A stretch of DNA of 64,000 nucleotides from Strigamia acuminata (GCA_949358305.1 OX442314.1:32240001-32304000), one strand, 5' to 3'. Counted from the stretch's first letter, positions 1 through 10,923 are shown. Translations and numbers: made by a program. Notes: generated from the sequence alone by a model not told the origin.

Positions 1-1363
1 AATGTCTTTTGGGCGGCGTCGACTCGCGTCGGTGATGTGAGCGATGACGAGCCTTCTGGAGTGGAGGTAACCCTCCAATGGCGCCTTCCCCCGACGACTG
101 TGTTGGGGAGGAGCGACGGCCACTGTAGGGCGACCTCGATGATCGTGACCTCGACGTGGAGCGCGGCGGCACCACATGGATGGTGGAAGCGACCTGTACC
201 CGGGGCTCAGGCTCTGGATACGGGTTTGGCACGAAATCAGCATGGAAACATCCGCCCATGGCTAGTTGATGCATCTCCGATTGGCATGTCGGCACCTAAC
301 GTTTCTTTCCGTCCGTTGTTACACGGAAAGATTCGTTGTAGAGGCGTACAACCTCGGCTTTGGTTTGATCCAAGCGTTGGAAAACGTCCTCCAAAATCTG
401 TCGACGCTCCCACGCAGGAGCGTTGAAGTAACGGCGATGGTCTCGCGTTTCTTGAGCGATCACTGTGAAGGCGAAGTCGAGCAACACGTTTCGCAGTGGT
501 CCGAAGGTGTCGCGCTTCATTGCCCACTCGAGGGCGTTGCAATGACCGAATCCATCGATTAAATAGGCGATCCGAAACTTCGTTCCCCATCGCTTGTTTA
601 AGGCTTTTGAGAACTTGTGTCGGGCCGCCCAAAACGTCAGTCTTCCTTTAGACTTTATGATCTCCGGTGGCAAAGCGTGTCGCCAGACACCGGGAGCTGT
701 TGGAACATCGGGGTGCAGTTTGAGATGCGTCTCCCGAAGCTGGATGATCTGTAAAATATTCGAAGAAATAATTAAAATCCATTTTTTCGTGTAAAATAAT
801 TATTTCCGAATTTTCAGTGAATAAAATCACGGGTGAGATTTCATTCGACAGTTTAGATTCATTAAATTTTTCAAAATATTTGAAAAATCGTAAGAAACGT
901 TGTTGCCGACGGCTATGTTTCAATGTTGGAGCGTTACCGTAGCAACGCCTCAAAAATGAGACACAGCGCCATCTGATGATAATAATGGCGGCGCCTTCTT
1001 GCGAAGGCGTTACCAACGAACTTTTCGCTTTTTCTGAGTGAAAATGCACTTTTAATTACTTTTCATGACTGAAAGGTAATTTTATTTTAAATTATTTACC
1101 CGGTCGTGTCTCTGTGCACGAGTTTCGCCGTTTGGATCGGCGAATAGGCCTCCTCGAAGTTGTGGTCGGGGCGGCGTGACTGGCAAACGGGCAGCAGCGT
1201 CGGCCAGAGCGGCTTGAGCTTCGGCGGACGCTTCGGCGGACTCTTCGGTGACATCCACGGATGTATTCGAAGTATTTGCGGAACCGAGCAGCGTCGAATT
1301 TGTTTCTAATTCGAGGCTGTTGGCGCCGGCTTCGCTTCCTTCTTTCGGTTCCTCTCCTTCCAT
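1..1363 (-). CDS. Putative spliced accessory (non-Env) gene of element A: coding exon 1363-1100, intron 1099-749, exon 748 to window edge with one in-frame TAG at 298-296
   Basis: CGG|GTAAAT donor and TTTTACAG|ATC acceptor join in phase 0 (RHDR|IIQLRETH) to the 673-296 ORF frame; the frame stays open for ~98 codons after the TAG; upstream 5'UTR intron 1449-1372 (GTAAGT..TTAG). Confidence 0.7.
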
Positions 1364-1572
1364 TTGAACGACTAATCCAAATGGAAAAGAAAAACGAAAA
1401 TTAATTTATTAGTTTTTCCTTGGAAAATTCCAAAGAAAAAGCTACTTACAATTGAAGATTCGGGAGAATTTATCCAACGGTTTCTCTTTTGGTTTTTTGG
1501 CGATGAGCACTTAGCACACGTGTGAGATCGAAGTGAACTCAGACGCGAAGTGATCAGTTCAAATACCGGAAG

Positions 1573-4500
1573 TTACGTTTGGGTAACGTCGCGGTTAGTG
1601 ACGTCATCCAATCTTATTGTTTGATTGGTTTGCGTATGGCTTGGGGAATTGCTCCTTACGTCATACGGCTGATCCCTGGATCTCGAGGTTATCGAGGGGA
1701 GAAGACACATGTTGTTTTTTCCTCTCGGTTTACGAGTCCGAAGATTATATCTCTTTGTCGGCGAGGGATTTATTGTATTTAAATCGCCGTCTTCATTGTC
1801 ATCGGAGACTGAGTCAGATGAGTCTTTTATTTCAGATGTTTTTTGTTTCTTTTCTAAAAACACCTTTTTATTTAATTTTTTAGCAATTTCAAGTTTTTTG
1901 AAACTGTCACGAAGCTCAACGTCGTTATTCACGAGGTCTGACTCCATTTGTGGTTTGGATAAATTATCGACAGGTATTTTCTTTAATTCATCGTCATCTA
2001 ACGTATTAATTATATTTTCAGTCTTTTGACCGACTTCTTCGCCTTCTAACCATACTTCCTGATCGAAACTCGGGAAATACGGAGTTAATTCAGACGAATG
2101 GACAGCTGGAAATATTTCGTTATTTTCTAGCTTTCTCAATTCTACGGATCCTCCCTGTAATACTTTGGTTATTACATATGGTCCTGTTCTTTTATCAGCG
2201 ATGCCAGCTGCAATGCCGCGGGCAGCGCTTGACAAAACATGAGAATCTCTCCAAACTAAATCGTTTAATTTAAAATTGGAGAACTTCTCACCTTCTTTTT
2301 TAAGATTTACTCGTCTGCGCAAATCTAACACGTGTGACATCATGTGTTGATATGTTTCGGCGATAACGGCTTTTAATTTTTGCACGTATAAATGTGGGTT
2401 TTTTGGATCTACGACCAAAATTCCTTCAGGTATTCTTGGATCCCAAGGTACTCTGAGTTCGCGAAAAAAGTTAAGAAATGCGGGAGAGAAGTCTCTTCCT
2501 CTCGTCACCGTAGTTCTCAAACTAAATGCAAATTCACGCAAATATTCGTCCCATTTGGAATGAACAGATGAATAAATTGCAACCAAATATTTGATGTCAC
2601 GGTTAACCCTTTCAACCGGGTTAGCTTGTGGGTGATATGTTGAAGTTGGTGTTGGAACCATCTTGAACTTTTCACAAAATTTTTTAAAGACTTGGGCACG
2701 AAATTGCGGGCCGTTGTCAGAAATAATTTTACGAGGGAATCCCATGCTCATGGAAAGGTGATAAATGCAATTTGCCACTTTTCCTGCAGTAGGGTTACAC
2801 ATTGGATATAATTCTGGCCAATGAGTTGCCACGTCAAGTATGACTAAAATGTGTGTGTTGTTTTTTCGAGTCCGAGGTTTCGGGCCGGTCAAATCAACAC
2901 TTAGGCAGTCAAATGGGCTGTAAGGACCCATTTGCGCTGCTTCAATTTGTCCTTTCGTTCGAGGCTTGCAAGCTTGACAACGCTCGCAATGTCGAATGAA
3001 TCTTGTAATGTCCGATTTCATGCCTTTCCAGGTATAAATTCGGCGTGCTCGATAAAGAGTCCTTGCAATTCCTGAGTGGCCAGAAAGTGGGTGGCCATGC
3101 ATTAGCCAAATAATTTTATACTTCAATGTCTGAGGTACAAAAACTTTGAGTGCTCTCCCATCCTCCCCCAATTCATCAGACATTGTGGGATGAAATTGCA
3201 TTAATAAGTCATCTTCAATTAAGAAGGTGGTTGCGTGTTTTCTGTATTGTTTCCTCTGGAGTCGCGTTGTGACGTCAGGCAGAAATTGATTACAATTTAA
3301 AAAATTACGCATCAATTGGCAAACTTTATCTTCTTTTTGGGCCTTGATTATGTCTTCCCTTGTAGGGGGTTCACAATCAAGACGCTCTACAATTTTGGCG
3401 ACAAATGCTTTTATTAAAACATTTGACGAAGGAATTTGAAATTTCTTTGAAATTTGCGCTCTTATGACGTCATCTGATTCCTCAGAGGGGTCATAAATTT
3501 TAGTCCAATAATTGACGAATTCGTGATCTTCCTTTTCCTCCAGCGTGGAGACAGGAAGTTCATGAAATTTTCCCATTTTCCAATTTCGTTGAGGTGATGG
3601 ACAGTAAGATAATAATTCGTCATTATCTCCATCATCTTCAGGATTTTCCGGTTTGTCAATCGGTGATCTGGATAAAGCATCCGCTAAAACATTTAGTGGA
3701 CCTTTAATATATTGTATTTCGAAAGAGTAGCGCATCAGCTCCATTTGCCAACGCGCTAATCTTCCGGCAGGTTCGTCTAACTGCATCAACCATTTTAGTG
3801 CTTGATGGTCAGTCCTAACTATGAATGTGGTAAATTCCAAATAATGTCGAAATTTACGTAATGCCCAGATTACCGCAAGGCATTCTAATTCTGTGGCGCT
3901 GTAATTTATCTCAGCAGGTTGCAAACTTCTGCTGGCATAAACACAAGGCACTTCGATATTTTGATCATCGATTTCCCTCATTTGCATAAGCGCGGCGCCC
4001 AGTCCTTTTCTGCTGGCGTCGGTATGCACAATAAATGGTTCTGTCAAATCAGGCATGGCCATTGTTTCTGCATTCGTTAAAGCATCTTTTATTTGATCAA
4101 AAGCTTCTTGATGAATTCCTGACCAAATAAATTCCACATCCTTTTTGAGTAAAGGACGTAGAGGTTCCGTCATGACTGCTAGATTCTTGAGTAATCTGTG
4201 AAAAAAGTTCACCATTCCCAAAAATCTTTGCAACTCTTTCAAATTTGAAGGAGCTGGCATTTCTTTAATGGCGGCGACTTTTTTAGGGTCGACACTGACT
4301 CCTTGAACACTTAACTTGTAGCCAAGAAAAGTTAATTCTTTTCTGCCAAATTTTGATTTTCCTGGATGAACATGAAGATTTGCATTTTCAAGTTTACTCA
4401 GAATTTCTTCCAGATGAATCATGTGTTCTTCAAAATTTTTAGATATAATAATTATATCATCGAGGTATGCCCATGCGAATTTTCGATAGGCGTCCCCCAA

Positions 4501-6021
4501 AATTTTTTCTATCAACTTTTGGAAAGTTGACGGCGCATTTACGAGGCCAAAGGGCATGACTCGAAATTGTAGTCGACCCAAAGGGCTCCAAAACGCAGTT
4601 TTAGCACGGTCGTTCGGATGAACCTCTATTTGCCAATAGCCTTTTGACAAATCTATCGTTGTGACCCATTCAAATCTTCCGAGTTCTCGCAAGATTTCCT
4701 CAATGCTCGGCATTTGAGGAGGATCGTATAATGTATGTGCATTGAGTGGTCTAAAATCAATGCAGAGTCTCGGATCACAATCCGGACGCATCACTAGAAC
4801 TATTCGCATTCCATAGTCTCCAGTGGCTTGTTCAACGTACCCATTATCCAACATATCTTGACAGATCTGACGGATAATTTCACGTTTCTGTGGATTTACG
4901 CTTTTAAACGGAACTCTAATTGGAACTTTAGTGTCCAGTTTAATTTCATGCCTAACGAGGTGTGTTCTACCTGGTCGGCGTGATAAAATCTTTTCATGTT
5001 TCTTTAATACTTTTTCAAGCATTAAATTATTTTCCATTGACAAATTAGCGTCGCTAACAAGTCTTTGTACTATATTTTCTTCATTTGCAACTTTAGCTTG
5101 ACACGCAGTGGCAGAGCCAGCTTTCATGTAATTTGCTTTAATAAAGTCGCGTCTCATGATTTCTTCGGGTGGATCAAGGAACTCTTGATAACGATCAAGA
5201 ATCGCTTGAGGAACAAAAGGTAAATCTTCTTTCAAAGACTTGACAAAATTCCAAGACATGGTCTTAGGATTTGGTTGAATATTGAGTCGATTCATGAAAT
5301 CACATCCTAATAAAATAATAGGATATTTATTTCTTAAAATTATGAATGGATGACTTAACATCCCGTGTGTCCACGCAAAAGAAAGTAGGAGAGTTCCTTC
5401 AGGGACTACATCTTCTGAAGCAGTCGTAACTCTCACATCCGGTCCAATTGGTCGAATTTCATCTTCCAGTTTCAACGAAATTACTACGGAGTAGGCCATG
5501 AAGCTTCGATTAGCTCCAGAGTCTAACATCCCTGTTATCATACCGTTTGCCGTCTGCAATCGAATCGTCGGCAAATCATTGCTGTTTGGTATGTCCGCGT
5601 ACTTGCACTTAAAACGTCGCGGTGGCTTAATTTCTATCGGCGGATCTAATGGTAATTCGTCCAATAAATCATTAGTGACTAGCGTTGCAGCCATTAATTT
5701 TTCAATACATTCATCAAGACCAGGTAAATCAATTTTATCTGACCTTTCAATGATTTCAGGTGTTGGCCTAGTTTTTTCATCAATTAAAGTAACAGCATCT
5801 TTTATTTTAGATTCCCAATCAATTTTTATTTGTTGAACTTTTTCTTTAAAAAATTCTTCAGTGATGTTCTCATTTTGCAGCACAAGCCTTAAATTGGAAA
5901 CATCAATTTTTGGAAATATTAAATTATTTTCTAATTCTAATTTAATCTGAGTATTTAAAAAATCATCTAAAATTTGAGATGGTGTTAGTTCATTTTCCGA
6001 GGCGGTAGGCGTTGCATCCAC
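1573..6021 (-). CDS. pol: Pol polyprotein of element A (protease, RT, RNase H, integrase), -1 frame relative to gag
   Basis: LDSGA protease, YLDD RT, TDAS RNase H, HGHPLSGH..CERC zinc finger, D-D(SDNG)-E integrase; uninterrupted 1482 codons. Confidence 0.97.
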   Translation of the reverse strand: MDATPTASENELTPSQILDDFLNTQIKLELENNLIFPKIDVSNLRLVLQNENITEEFFKEKVQQIKIDWESKIKDAVTLIDEKTRPTPEIIERSDKIDLPGLDECIEKLMAATLVTNDLLDELPLDPPIEIKPPRRFKCKYADIPNSNDLPTIRLQTANGMITGMLDSGANRSFMAYSVVISLKLEDEIRPIGPDVRVTTASEDVVPEGTLLLSFAWTHGMLSHPFIILRNKYPIILLGCDFMNRLNIQPNPKTMSWNFVKSLKEDLPFVPQAILDRYQEFLDPPEEIMRRDFIKANYMKAGSATACQAKVANEENIVQRLVSDANLSMENNLMLEKVLKKHEKILSRRPGRTHLVRHEIKLDTKVPIRVPFKSVNPQKREIIRQICQDMLDNGYVEQATGDYGMRIVLVMRPDCDPRLCIDFRPLNAHTLYDPPQMPSIEEILRELGRFEWVTTIDLSKGYWQIEVHPNDRAKTAFWSPLGRLQFRVMPFGLVNAPSTFQKLIEKILGDAYRKFAWAYLDDIIIISKNFEEHMIHLEEILSKLENANLHVHPGKSKFGRKELTFLGYKLSVQGVSVDPKKVAAIKEMPAPSNLKELQRFLGMVNFFHRLLKNLAVMTEPLRPLLKKDVEFIWSGIHQEAFDQIKDALTNAETMAMPDLTEPFIVHTDASRKGLGAALMQMREIDDQNIEVPCVYASRSLQPAEINYSATELECLAVIWALRKFRHYLEFTTFIVRTDHQALKWLMQLDEPAGRLARWQMELMRYSFEIQYIKGPLNVLADALSRSPIDKPENPEDDGDNDELLSYCPSPQRNWKMGKFHELPVSTLEEKEDHEFVNYWTKIYDPSEESDDVIRAQISKKFQIPSSNVLIKAFVAKIVERLDCEPPTREDIIKAQKEDKVCQLMRNFLNCNQFLPDVTTRLQRKQYRKHATTFLIEDDLLMQFHPTMSDELGEDGRALKVFVPQTLKYKIIWLMHGHPLSGHSGIARTLYRARRIYTWKGMKSDITRFIRHCERCQACKPRTKGQIEAAQMGPYSPFDCLSVDLTGPKPRTRKNNTHILVILDVATHWPELYPMCNPTAGKVANCIYHLSMSMGFPRKIISDNGPQFRAQVFKKFCEKFKMVPTPTSTYHPQANPVERVNRDIKYLVAIYSSVHSKWDEYLREFAFSLRTTVTRGRDFSPAFLNFFRELRVPWDPRIPEGILVVDPKNPHLYVQKLKAVIAETYQHMMSHVLDLRRRVNLKKEGEKFSNFKLNDLVWRDSHVLSSAARGIAAGIADKRTGPYVITKVLQGGSVELRKLENNEIFPAVHSSELTPYFPSFDQEVWLEGEEVGQKTENIINTLDDDELKKIPVDNLSKPQMESDLVNNDVELRDSFKKLEIAKKLNKKVFLEKKQKTSEIKDSSDSVSDDNEDGDLNTINPSPTKRYNLRTRKPRGKNNMCLLPSITSRSRDQPYDVRSNSPSHTQTNQTIRLDDVTNRDVTQT

Positions 6022-6054
6022 TAGACCGTCGGGATGCGCGCTTACAAGTTTTTT
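6010..6054 (-). promoter_or_regulatory. -1 ribosomal frameshift signal (A AAA AAC plus GCATCC/GGATGC stem)
   Basis: Heptamer at 6054-6048 is in the gag frame two codons before its stop; the -1 frame runs open into pol. Confidence 0.8.
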
Positions 6055-8936
6055 AGAAGTTCGCCGATTGATTTCATCGATTTTTCGAACTCCTCAATAA
6101 TCTTGTCTTTGCTCGTTTTCCTATCAGGACATTCTTTAGCCCAATGTCCTAATTTTTTGCAAATGTTACACGGGTCAGTAGCAGGTGATTTTGCGACTTT
6201 TGGCGAAGGCGAACTTGAGCGTTTGGCTTCGTCCTTTTTCGGGGTCGGCGACTTCGATCTACTGAGCGCGTCTGTCTTTGGTAAACCAAAAGTAACGTTT
6301 TTAGGCGCCATCTTTGGTCCAAATTTTCGAGCTACTGCGTTATTACGGGCTAATAAAGCAGCTGCAGCCTCGCTTTCTGGTTCCGAGTCAGATTTCTCTG
6401 GTTCAGAAGCAGCTTCCATATCTGTCACTTCGGCTAAGTGAGCTTTAGGGGTTGGATGTGGATTTTTCCCATCCGATCCCTTTCTAGATTCCTTAGCAGT
6501 CTCTGCCAAAAAATCTCCTCGTTTTGGGGGTTGCAAAAGAGGGGTGTTAGCAAAACGTGTGTCTTTTGCCAACTCCTTTCTCCGTTGCTGTCGCTTAGCG
6601 TACGCAACTTTTTCATCAGCTGGTAGATAAGCTTTATAATTTTCGTCAATCCTTATCTGATTAGCTCGCATAAATTTGGCTAATTCAGCGAAACCACCCG
6701 GATAAGGTGCTCGTACAGAAAGTAGAACATTTTTTGAGTAATCTGTCAATCCACGACGGAATTGACGATCAATGGCTGCGTCTCCCATCGTATAAGGGAG
6801 AGTGACCAATAAATCCTCAGTCCTTCTTAAATAAGAGCGAAGACTTTCGCCTTTATTTTGAGAAAGATTATCCCACATTTGTAATAAGTCTTCACTTGAC
6901 TCTCCATACTCAGTCATGAATTCTTCTACAAAGTGGTTCCAGTTTTGAAATTGTTTAGAATAAAACCATTTCTCAGCTCGATCTATAAGAGCTTTTGGTA
7001 CTACTCTTTTCAAAGCAGTGTGACATGCAATGCCATTCAACCTTGAAATTCGTAAAACTTCATCTAAAAGAGTGGATCCAGCTTCCCATTCTCCATCGAA
7101 TAAAGCGGGTTTGATGTGATCCCATCTAATAGTTCTTTCATCAACTAGATCGTGCGTCCAGTTGTTGGCAGTGTATTGAGCAATTTTCTGTCGTAGTGCA
7201 ATGTCAGCATTATCGGCAGTAGCGTCAGATCGATCGGAAGATCGACGATCAGCTAATAATCGATCAATTTCTTCAGCGGTGTAATAATGAGTATTACGCC
7301 GAGAAGAATGGCCTCGATGTCGACGTCGATGAGATCGATGTCGATTATCGCGTTCTTGTTGCGCATTCACATCAGAATCCGACCTTGAATCAGATTGTGA
7401 ATTTGAAGGCGTGTTAAAATGTGGTGTTTCAGGTGGGTCGGGTGGGTCGCCGTCATCGTCTGGCGGTCGACGTCCACCTCCAGGTGGTCCATCTCCGTGT
7501 CCATCTGGATTTCCTCCATTTGGTGGATTTCTTCTATACTGACCCCCACCTGGCGGGCTTTCATGTCCGTCGGGTGGTTCGCGTGCTGGATTCGTGTCTC
7601 GTCGACTTCTTTTCGACGAGTCTTGCTGTTGAGCCAGTGGTATCGTTCGAGTAACATGAATACCAGTTTCATGCCGTCTATTTTGATCATCTACCATTCC
7701 CAACAGTCGGTCACTGTTATGAAAAATAGGATTTCGATTTCCAGGGAGCGGATTGCGATCAGCTCTCCGTTCCTCGGAATCTGAAGGACGTTTTCTTTTT
7801 GAGCGATGGCGGCGACGCGAACGTTGGTCGTCATCACTCGATAATCCAGATTGGCTACTTAACTCTGAAACAACAGAAATTGTTATTGTTTCGGGAGTCA
7901 AAATAGGAACAGTTGGCGCAGCCATTTCTGGTTGTACCAATTGGTCAGTATAATTTCTTGCTTGCAAACGATCTTTCATTTCTGCAAGCTCCTCTTGAGC
8001 GCGCAACAAATCAGCTCGGAGAATTTCATTCTCATTTATTTCATTTTGCGATTTTTCTGGTTGTAATCGCTTAGCAGGGTCGCTAGACTTGACTTGTCCG
8101 CTCGTACTGGGTTGATCCAGCGAGTGGAAAATCTCGTCTTCACGCTTAGCTATTTTGCTTTCGCGAGTACGCTGTGTTTTAGCACGTGTGTCTAATTCAG
8201 CAGCATATCTCACTAGTTGATTATGATTGCGTTGGTAGTGATCTGCCAAATCAATCAACTCTTTATTTTTCTGCTCTAACTTACTTTTGGTAAGTTCGAG
8301 CTGTCTTCGCGCCTCTTGGTGTGAGCGAATTGAAAGTTCATTTCTAGTATTCATTTTAGAAAGATCTTCCACTTCACCTTTTAATCTGTATTCTCTAGCT
8401 TTTTGGGCTAGAAATTCCTCATTTTGTCGATTGAGTTCCATATGTTGGAGCTCAACCTCCGCTTTTTGTTGTTGAAGCTCAGCTTGTTTTCGCTCCATTT
8501 CAAATTGTAAATTTGAAACGGCGCGGTCAGTGTGAAGTCGTATCATGGCGCGATGAATCTCTTCCACCGTCATGTCGTCCGTTATTTGGGCGCCATCTTG
8601 GCGTGCTTGATTTCTCAAAGCATCCAACATGGTCATGCGAGGAGGTGATTCGTGAGACGATTCACTTTCCATTTCACGTAACGTATTTTCCACTTCCTCC
8701 AGTGGAAGTGGCGGGAGTTCTTGTTCGTTAGAACTCGCACTTGATGCGCTCAGGGCTCGAGCAACCTCATTTTCAGCATCCTTAAGTTGTTTCGGATCTG
8801 GAACTGGTGTTATTTCTTCAGAAATAACTTTTTCCATAAGCATTTCAGGCTCGAGAGCCGGCAAAACCGTCGCTGCTCGTTTCTGAGTGCTTGGTCGACC
8901 TCGCTGTCGTTTTACAATTTGCATTGGCGTCGCCAT
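6042..8936 (-). CDS. gag: Gag of element A (964 aa: N-terminal coiled coil, capsid-like region, CCHC knuckle)
   Basis: CNICKKLGHWAKEC knuckle; LSQNKGESLRSYLRR major-homology-like motif; ATG directly downstream of the PBS. Confidence 0.93.
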   Translation of the reverse strand: MATPMQIVKRQRGRPSTQKRAATVLPALEPEMLMEKVISEEITPVPDPKQLKDAENEVARALSASSASSNEQELPPLPLEEVENTLREMESESSHESPPRMTMLDALRNQARQDGAQITDDMTVEEIHRAMIRLHTDRAVSNLQFEMERKQAELQQQKAEVELQHMELNRQNEEFLAQKAREYRLKGEVEDLSKMNTRNELSIRSHQEARRQLELTKSKLEQKNKELIDLADHYQRNHNQLVRYAAELDTRAKTQRTRESKIAKREDEIFHSLDQPSTSGQVKSSDPAKRLQPEKSQNEINENEILRADLLRAQEELAEMKDRLQARNYTDQLVQPEMAAPTVPILTPETITISVVSELSSQSGLSSDDDQRSRRRHRSKRKRPSDSEERRADRNPLPGNRNPIFHNSDRLLGMVDDQNRRHETGIHVTRTIPLAQQQDSSKRSRRDTNPAREPPDGHESPPGGGQYRRNPPNGGNPDGHGDGPPGGGRRPPDDDGDPPDPPETPHFNTPSNSQSDSRSDSDVNAQQERDNRHRSHRRRHRGHSSRRNTHYYTAEEIDRLLADRRSSDRSDATADNADIALRQKIAQYTANNWTHDLVDERTIRWDHIKPALFDGEWEAGSTLLDEVLRISRLNGIACHTALKRVVPKALIDRAEKWFYSKQFQNWNHFVEEFMTEYGESSEDLLQMWDNLSQNKGESLRSYLRRTEDLLVTLPYTMGDAAIDRQFRRGLTDYSKNVLLSVRAPYPGGFAELAKFMRANQIRIDENYKAYLPADEKVAYAKRQQRRKELAKDTRFANTPLLQPPKRGDFLAETAKESRKGSDGKNPHPTPKAHLAEVTDMEAASEPEKSDSEPESEAAAALLARNNAVARKFGPKMAPKNVTFGLPKTDALSRSKSPTPKKDEAKRSSSPSPKVAKSPATDPCNICKKLGHWAKECPDRKTSKDKIIEEFEKSMKSIGELLKNL

Positions 8937-9008
8937 TTTGTCAAATTGAAAAAGAACAATGGAAATAAAGGATCTTTTTGCAAAAATCGGATTTTAACAA
9001 TCAAAACT

Positions 9009-9026
9009 ATCCCGGACGGGCCCCCA
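9009..9026 (-). promoter_or_regulatory. Primer-binding site, tRNA-Pro type
   Basis: TGGGGGCCCGTCCGGGAT, 2 nt after the LTR end; 17/18 to the MLV-type tRNA-Pro PBS TGGGGGCTCGTCCGGGAT. Confidence 0.9.
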
Positions 9027-9028
9027 AG

Positions 9029-10092
9029 TGCGGCGATCCGGGTTTTTACTTATTAAATTATATAAATTCAATAAGCAATCGTCGTAGAGATGCCGTACAG
9101 GACTTCTACTCTGTGGCCAAATGTTTGTCTAGGGGAATGATTTTACACAGAGTAAAGGAAAAATTAGATAGTTTTAATCGTTCAAAATACAAAGGAGGTA
9201 TTATTTAAAATGTTTGGGGTCGATCTGGCTTCTTCTTCAAATGTACACTCACAGTTGACCGTTGACTCCAAGATGGCGTCGATGGCGTCGTGTGAGCGCG
9301 GGATTTTAGCGGAGTAAACTCGACGCTAAAATACGTTGCTAAAATATACTAAAATCCTCGTGGAGCACGCTCGACACGAGAATACGTCTTGCACACAGCG
9401 GTTCGATTATTACGGAGCAAGCTCGACGTAACAATCGGTCTTTACACAAATCGCTTTGTGGAGTTAAACTCGACACAAAGCCTCCAAACTAACAGAGTAA
9501 ACTCGATGTTAGTTTCACACAGAAATGGCTTAAATTACACGTAGTAATTCAAGCTAGAAAGTTGCTATTCCGTACAGTGGGTACAGACCAGCGATGAAAC
9601 TCAATTCGTCCAAGAATCACAGATCACACTTTGCAGTTTTGGCAGAAGTTTGACACGGTTGTGAACAGTTTGGAGGTGGAATCAAGAGTGCGGGAAGAGT
9701 GGGCCAAAACCGTTTGGCTCACTCCTAAATCTGCTCAGAAAAGCTGCGCAGATGACGAGTTGCACAAAGATCACACACGGCCGCCCTCGGGTCGTGTGCA
9801 ACAACTGAGCCGGGCACGCGCGAGGGGAAGGGATGCTCCGCCCAGGCACACGCCTAGCAGCATCATCAAAGCAATGCACGCTGCAGCGCGATTGGTTGAC
9901 GCTGTTGCTGGGCCAAAACTTGCTGCAAAACACAATATTATTTGGGTAATATTGTGTCTTGTTTTATATTTTATTAATGTATGTTTTATTTCAATTTACA
10001 TTGAAACAAAACATATAAGCTTGTTGAATATGTTTATAAGACAATTTGGAAATATGGTGCGCACTCAAATAGGAATATTTGAGGTCACCACA
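9029..10092 (-). repeat. 5' LTR of element A (1064 bp)
   Basis: TGTGGTGAC...CGCCGCA termini; colinear with the solo LTR at 43492-44565. Confidence 0.95.
9303..9515 (-). ncRNA. Array of five TAR-like bulged RNA hairpins within the LTR (cis element)
   Basis: Five different stems (6-10 bp), each capped by UC bulge-GAG-loop-CUC; pairing preserved in the diverged solo LTR. Confidence 0.8.
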
Positions 10093-10764
10093 GCTTTGAT
10101 GAAGACGTCCGGCTCGCATTCTGTCGGTAGTTTTGCTTGCACGTCCTTGATGGTCGATAGGATTTGTTTTTGTAGCGCGAGGTAGATCGGTTCTTTTTGA
10201 TTTTCGTCCCATATCGTAAGGGAATACACGGTGGAAAATAGACCGTTCCATTCGTTAATGGTAACTCGTTAGTTCCATTTCGAATGCTAATGTCTCTATT
10301 CGATAATCCATTTCATCGACAAATTGTTCGCTTTCAAAATTGATCGTGGCTAGGCGAATTTTCTCGGCCGCGTCTGGATCTACGAGGAGAACTTCGGCAA
10401 CGAGCGCTTCAAACTCTGGTGACCGCTGAGGAAATTCATATCTTTGTCTTGGAGTCGAGGTGCGTGGTTGAGTACGATCATTTACTTTGTCAATACTCCT
10501 TTTTGTTTCAGCATCCATTTCACGATCCGTTGAAACATTTTTGAATTTTTGAAATGAACGTTTTTTCGCATCAAGTGAAATTTCAGCCGATATCTCGGCT
10601 TCGGCGATTTCCAATCGAGTTTCGGCTGAGCGTTTAGCCGTTACTTCCTTTGGAAAACTAGTGCGCCGAGTTTGGGCACCTTGTGGGCAGTTAGACCCGA
10701 CTATTGGACGACTATACGTCCTTCCCTCAATTGGCGAAGGGACTTCATCATGTAACTTAGGCAT
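10093..10764 (-). pseudogene. Second, rearranged copy of the element-B ORF (first ~166 codons identical, then a different open frame cut by the element A LTR)
   Basis: Identity to 16662-16166 stops at 10268; the sequence beyond reads VTINEWNGLF...DVFIKA in another frame. Confidence 0.75.
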
Positions 10765-10905
10765 GATGGCAAGAATGTTACAAAAAGAGAAGAAAGATGA
10801 TAGGAAAGTTAGAAAAATAGGTAAAAAATACTAAAATGGGGAAAAACAAGATTTTTTAATTTTTTAATCTTACTTTAAATTCTAAAAATTCTAAAAATTG
10901 GGATA

Positions 10906-10923
10906 ATCCCGGCCGGGCCCCCA
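10906..10923 (-). promoter_or_regulatory. PBS, tRNA-Pro type (second copy at 16804-16821)
   Basis: TGGGGGCCCGGCCGGGAT, 2 nt after the LTR end. Confidence 0.8.

Larger units (their letters stand above)
1..10092 (-). mobile_element. Ty3/Gypsy LTR retrotransposon 'element A' (5' LTR-PBS-gag-pol-accessory gene; 3' LTR lies beyond the window start)
   Basis: TG..CA LTR 9029-10092, tRNA-Pro-type PBS, gag with CCHC knuckle, pol in PR-RT-RH-IN order. Confidence 0.95.

Noticed and set aside
9303..9515. CRISPR-like repeat-spacer appearance of the GAG..CTCGA motif
   Set aside because: Eukaryotic LTR context, no cas genes, and the variable parts are self-complementary stems rather than spacers
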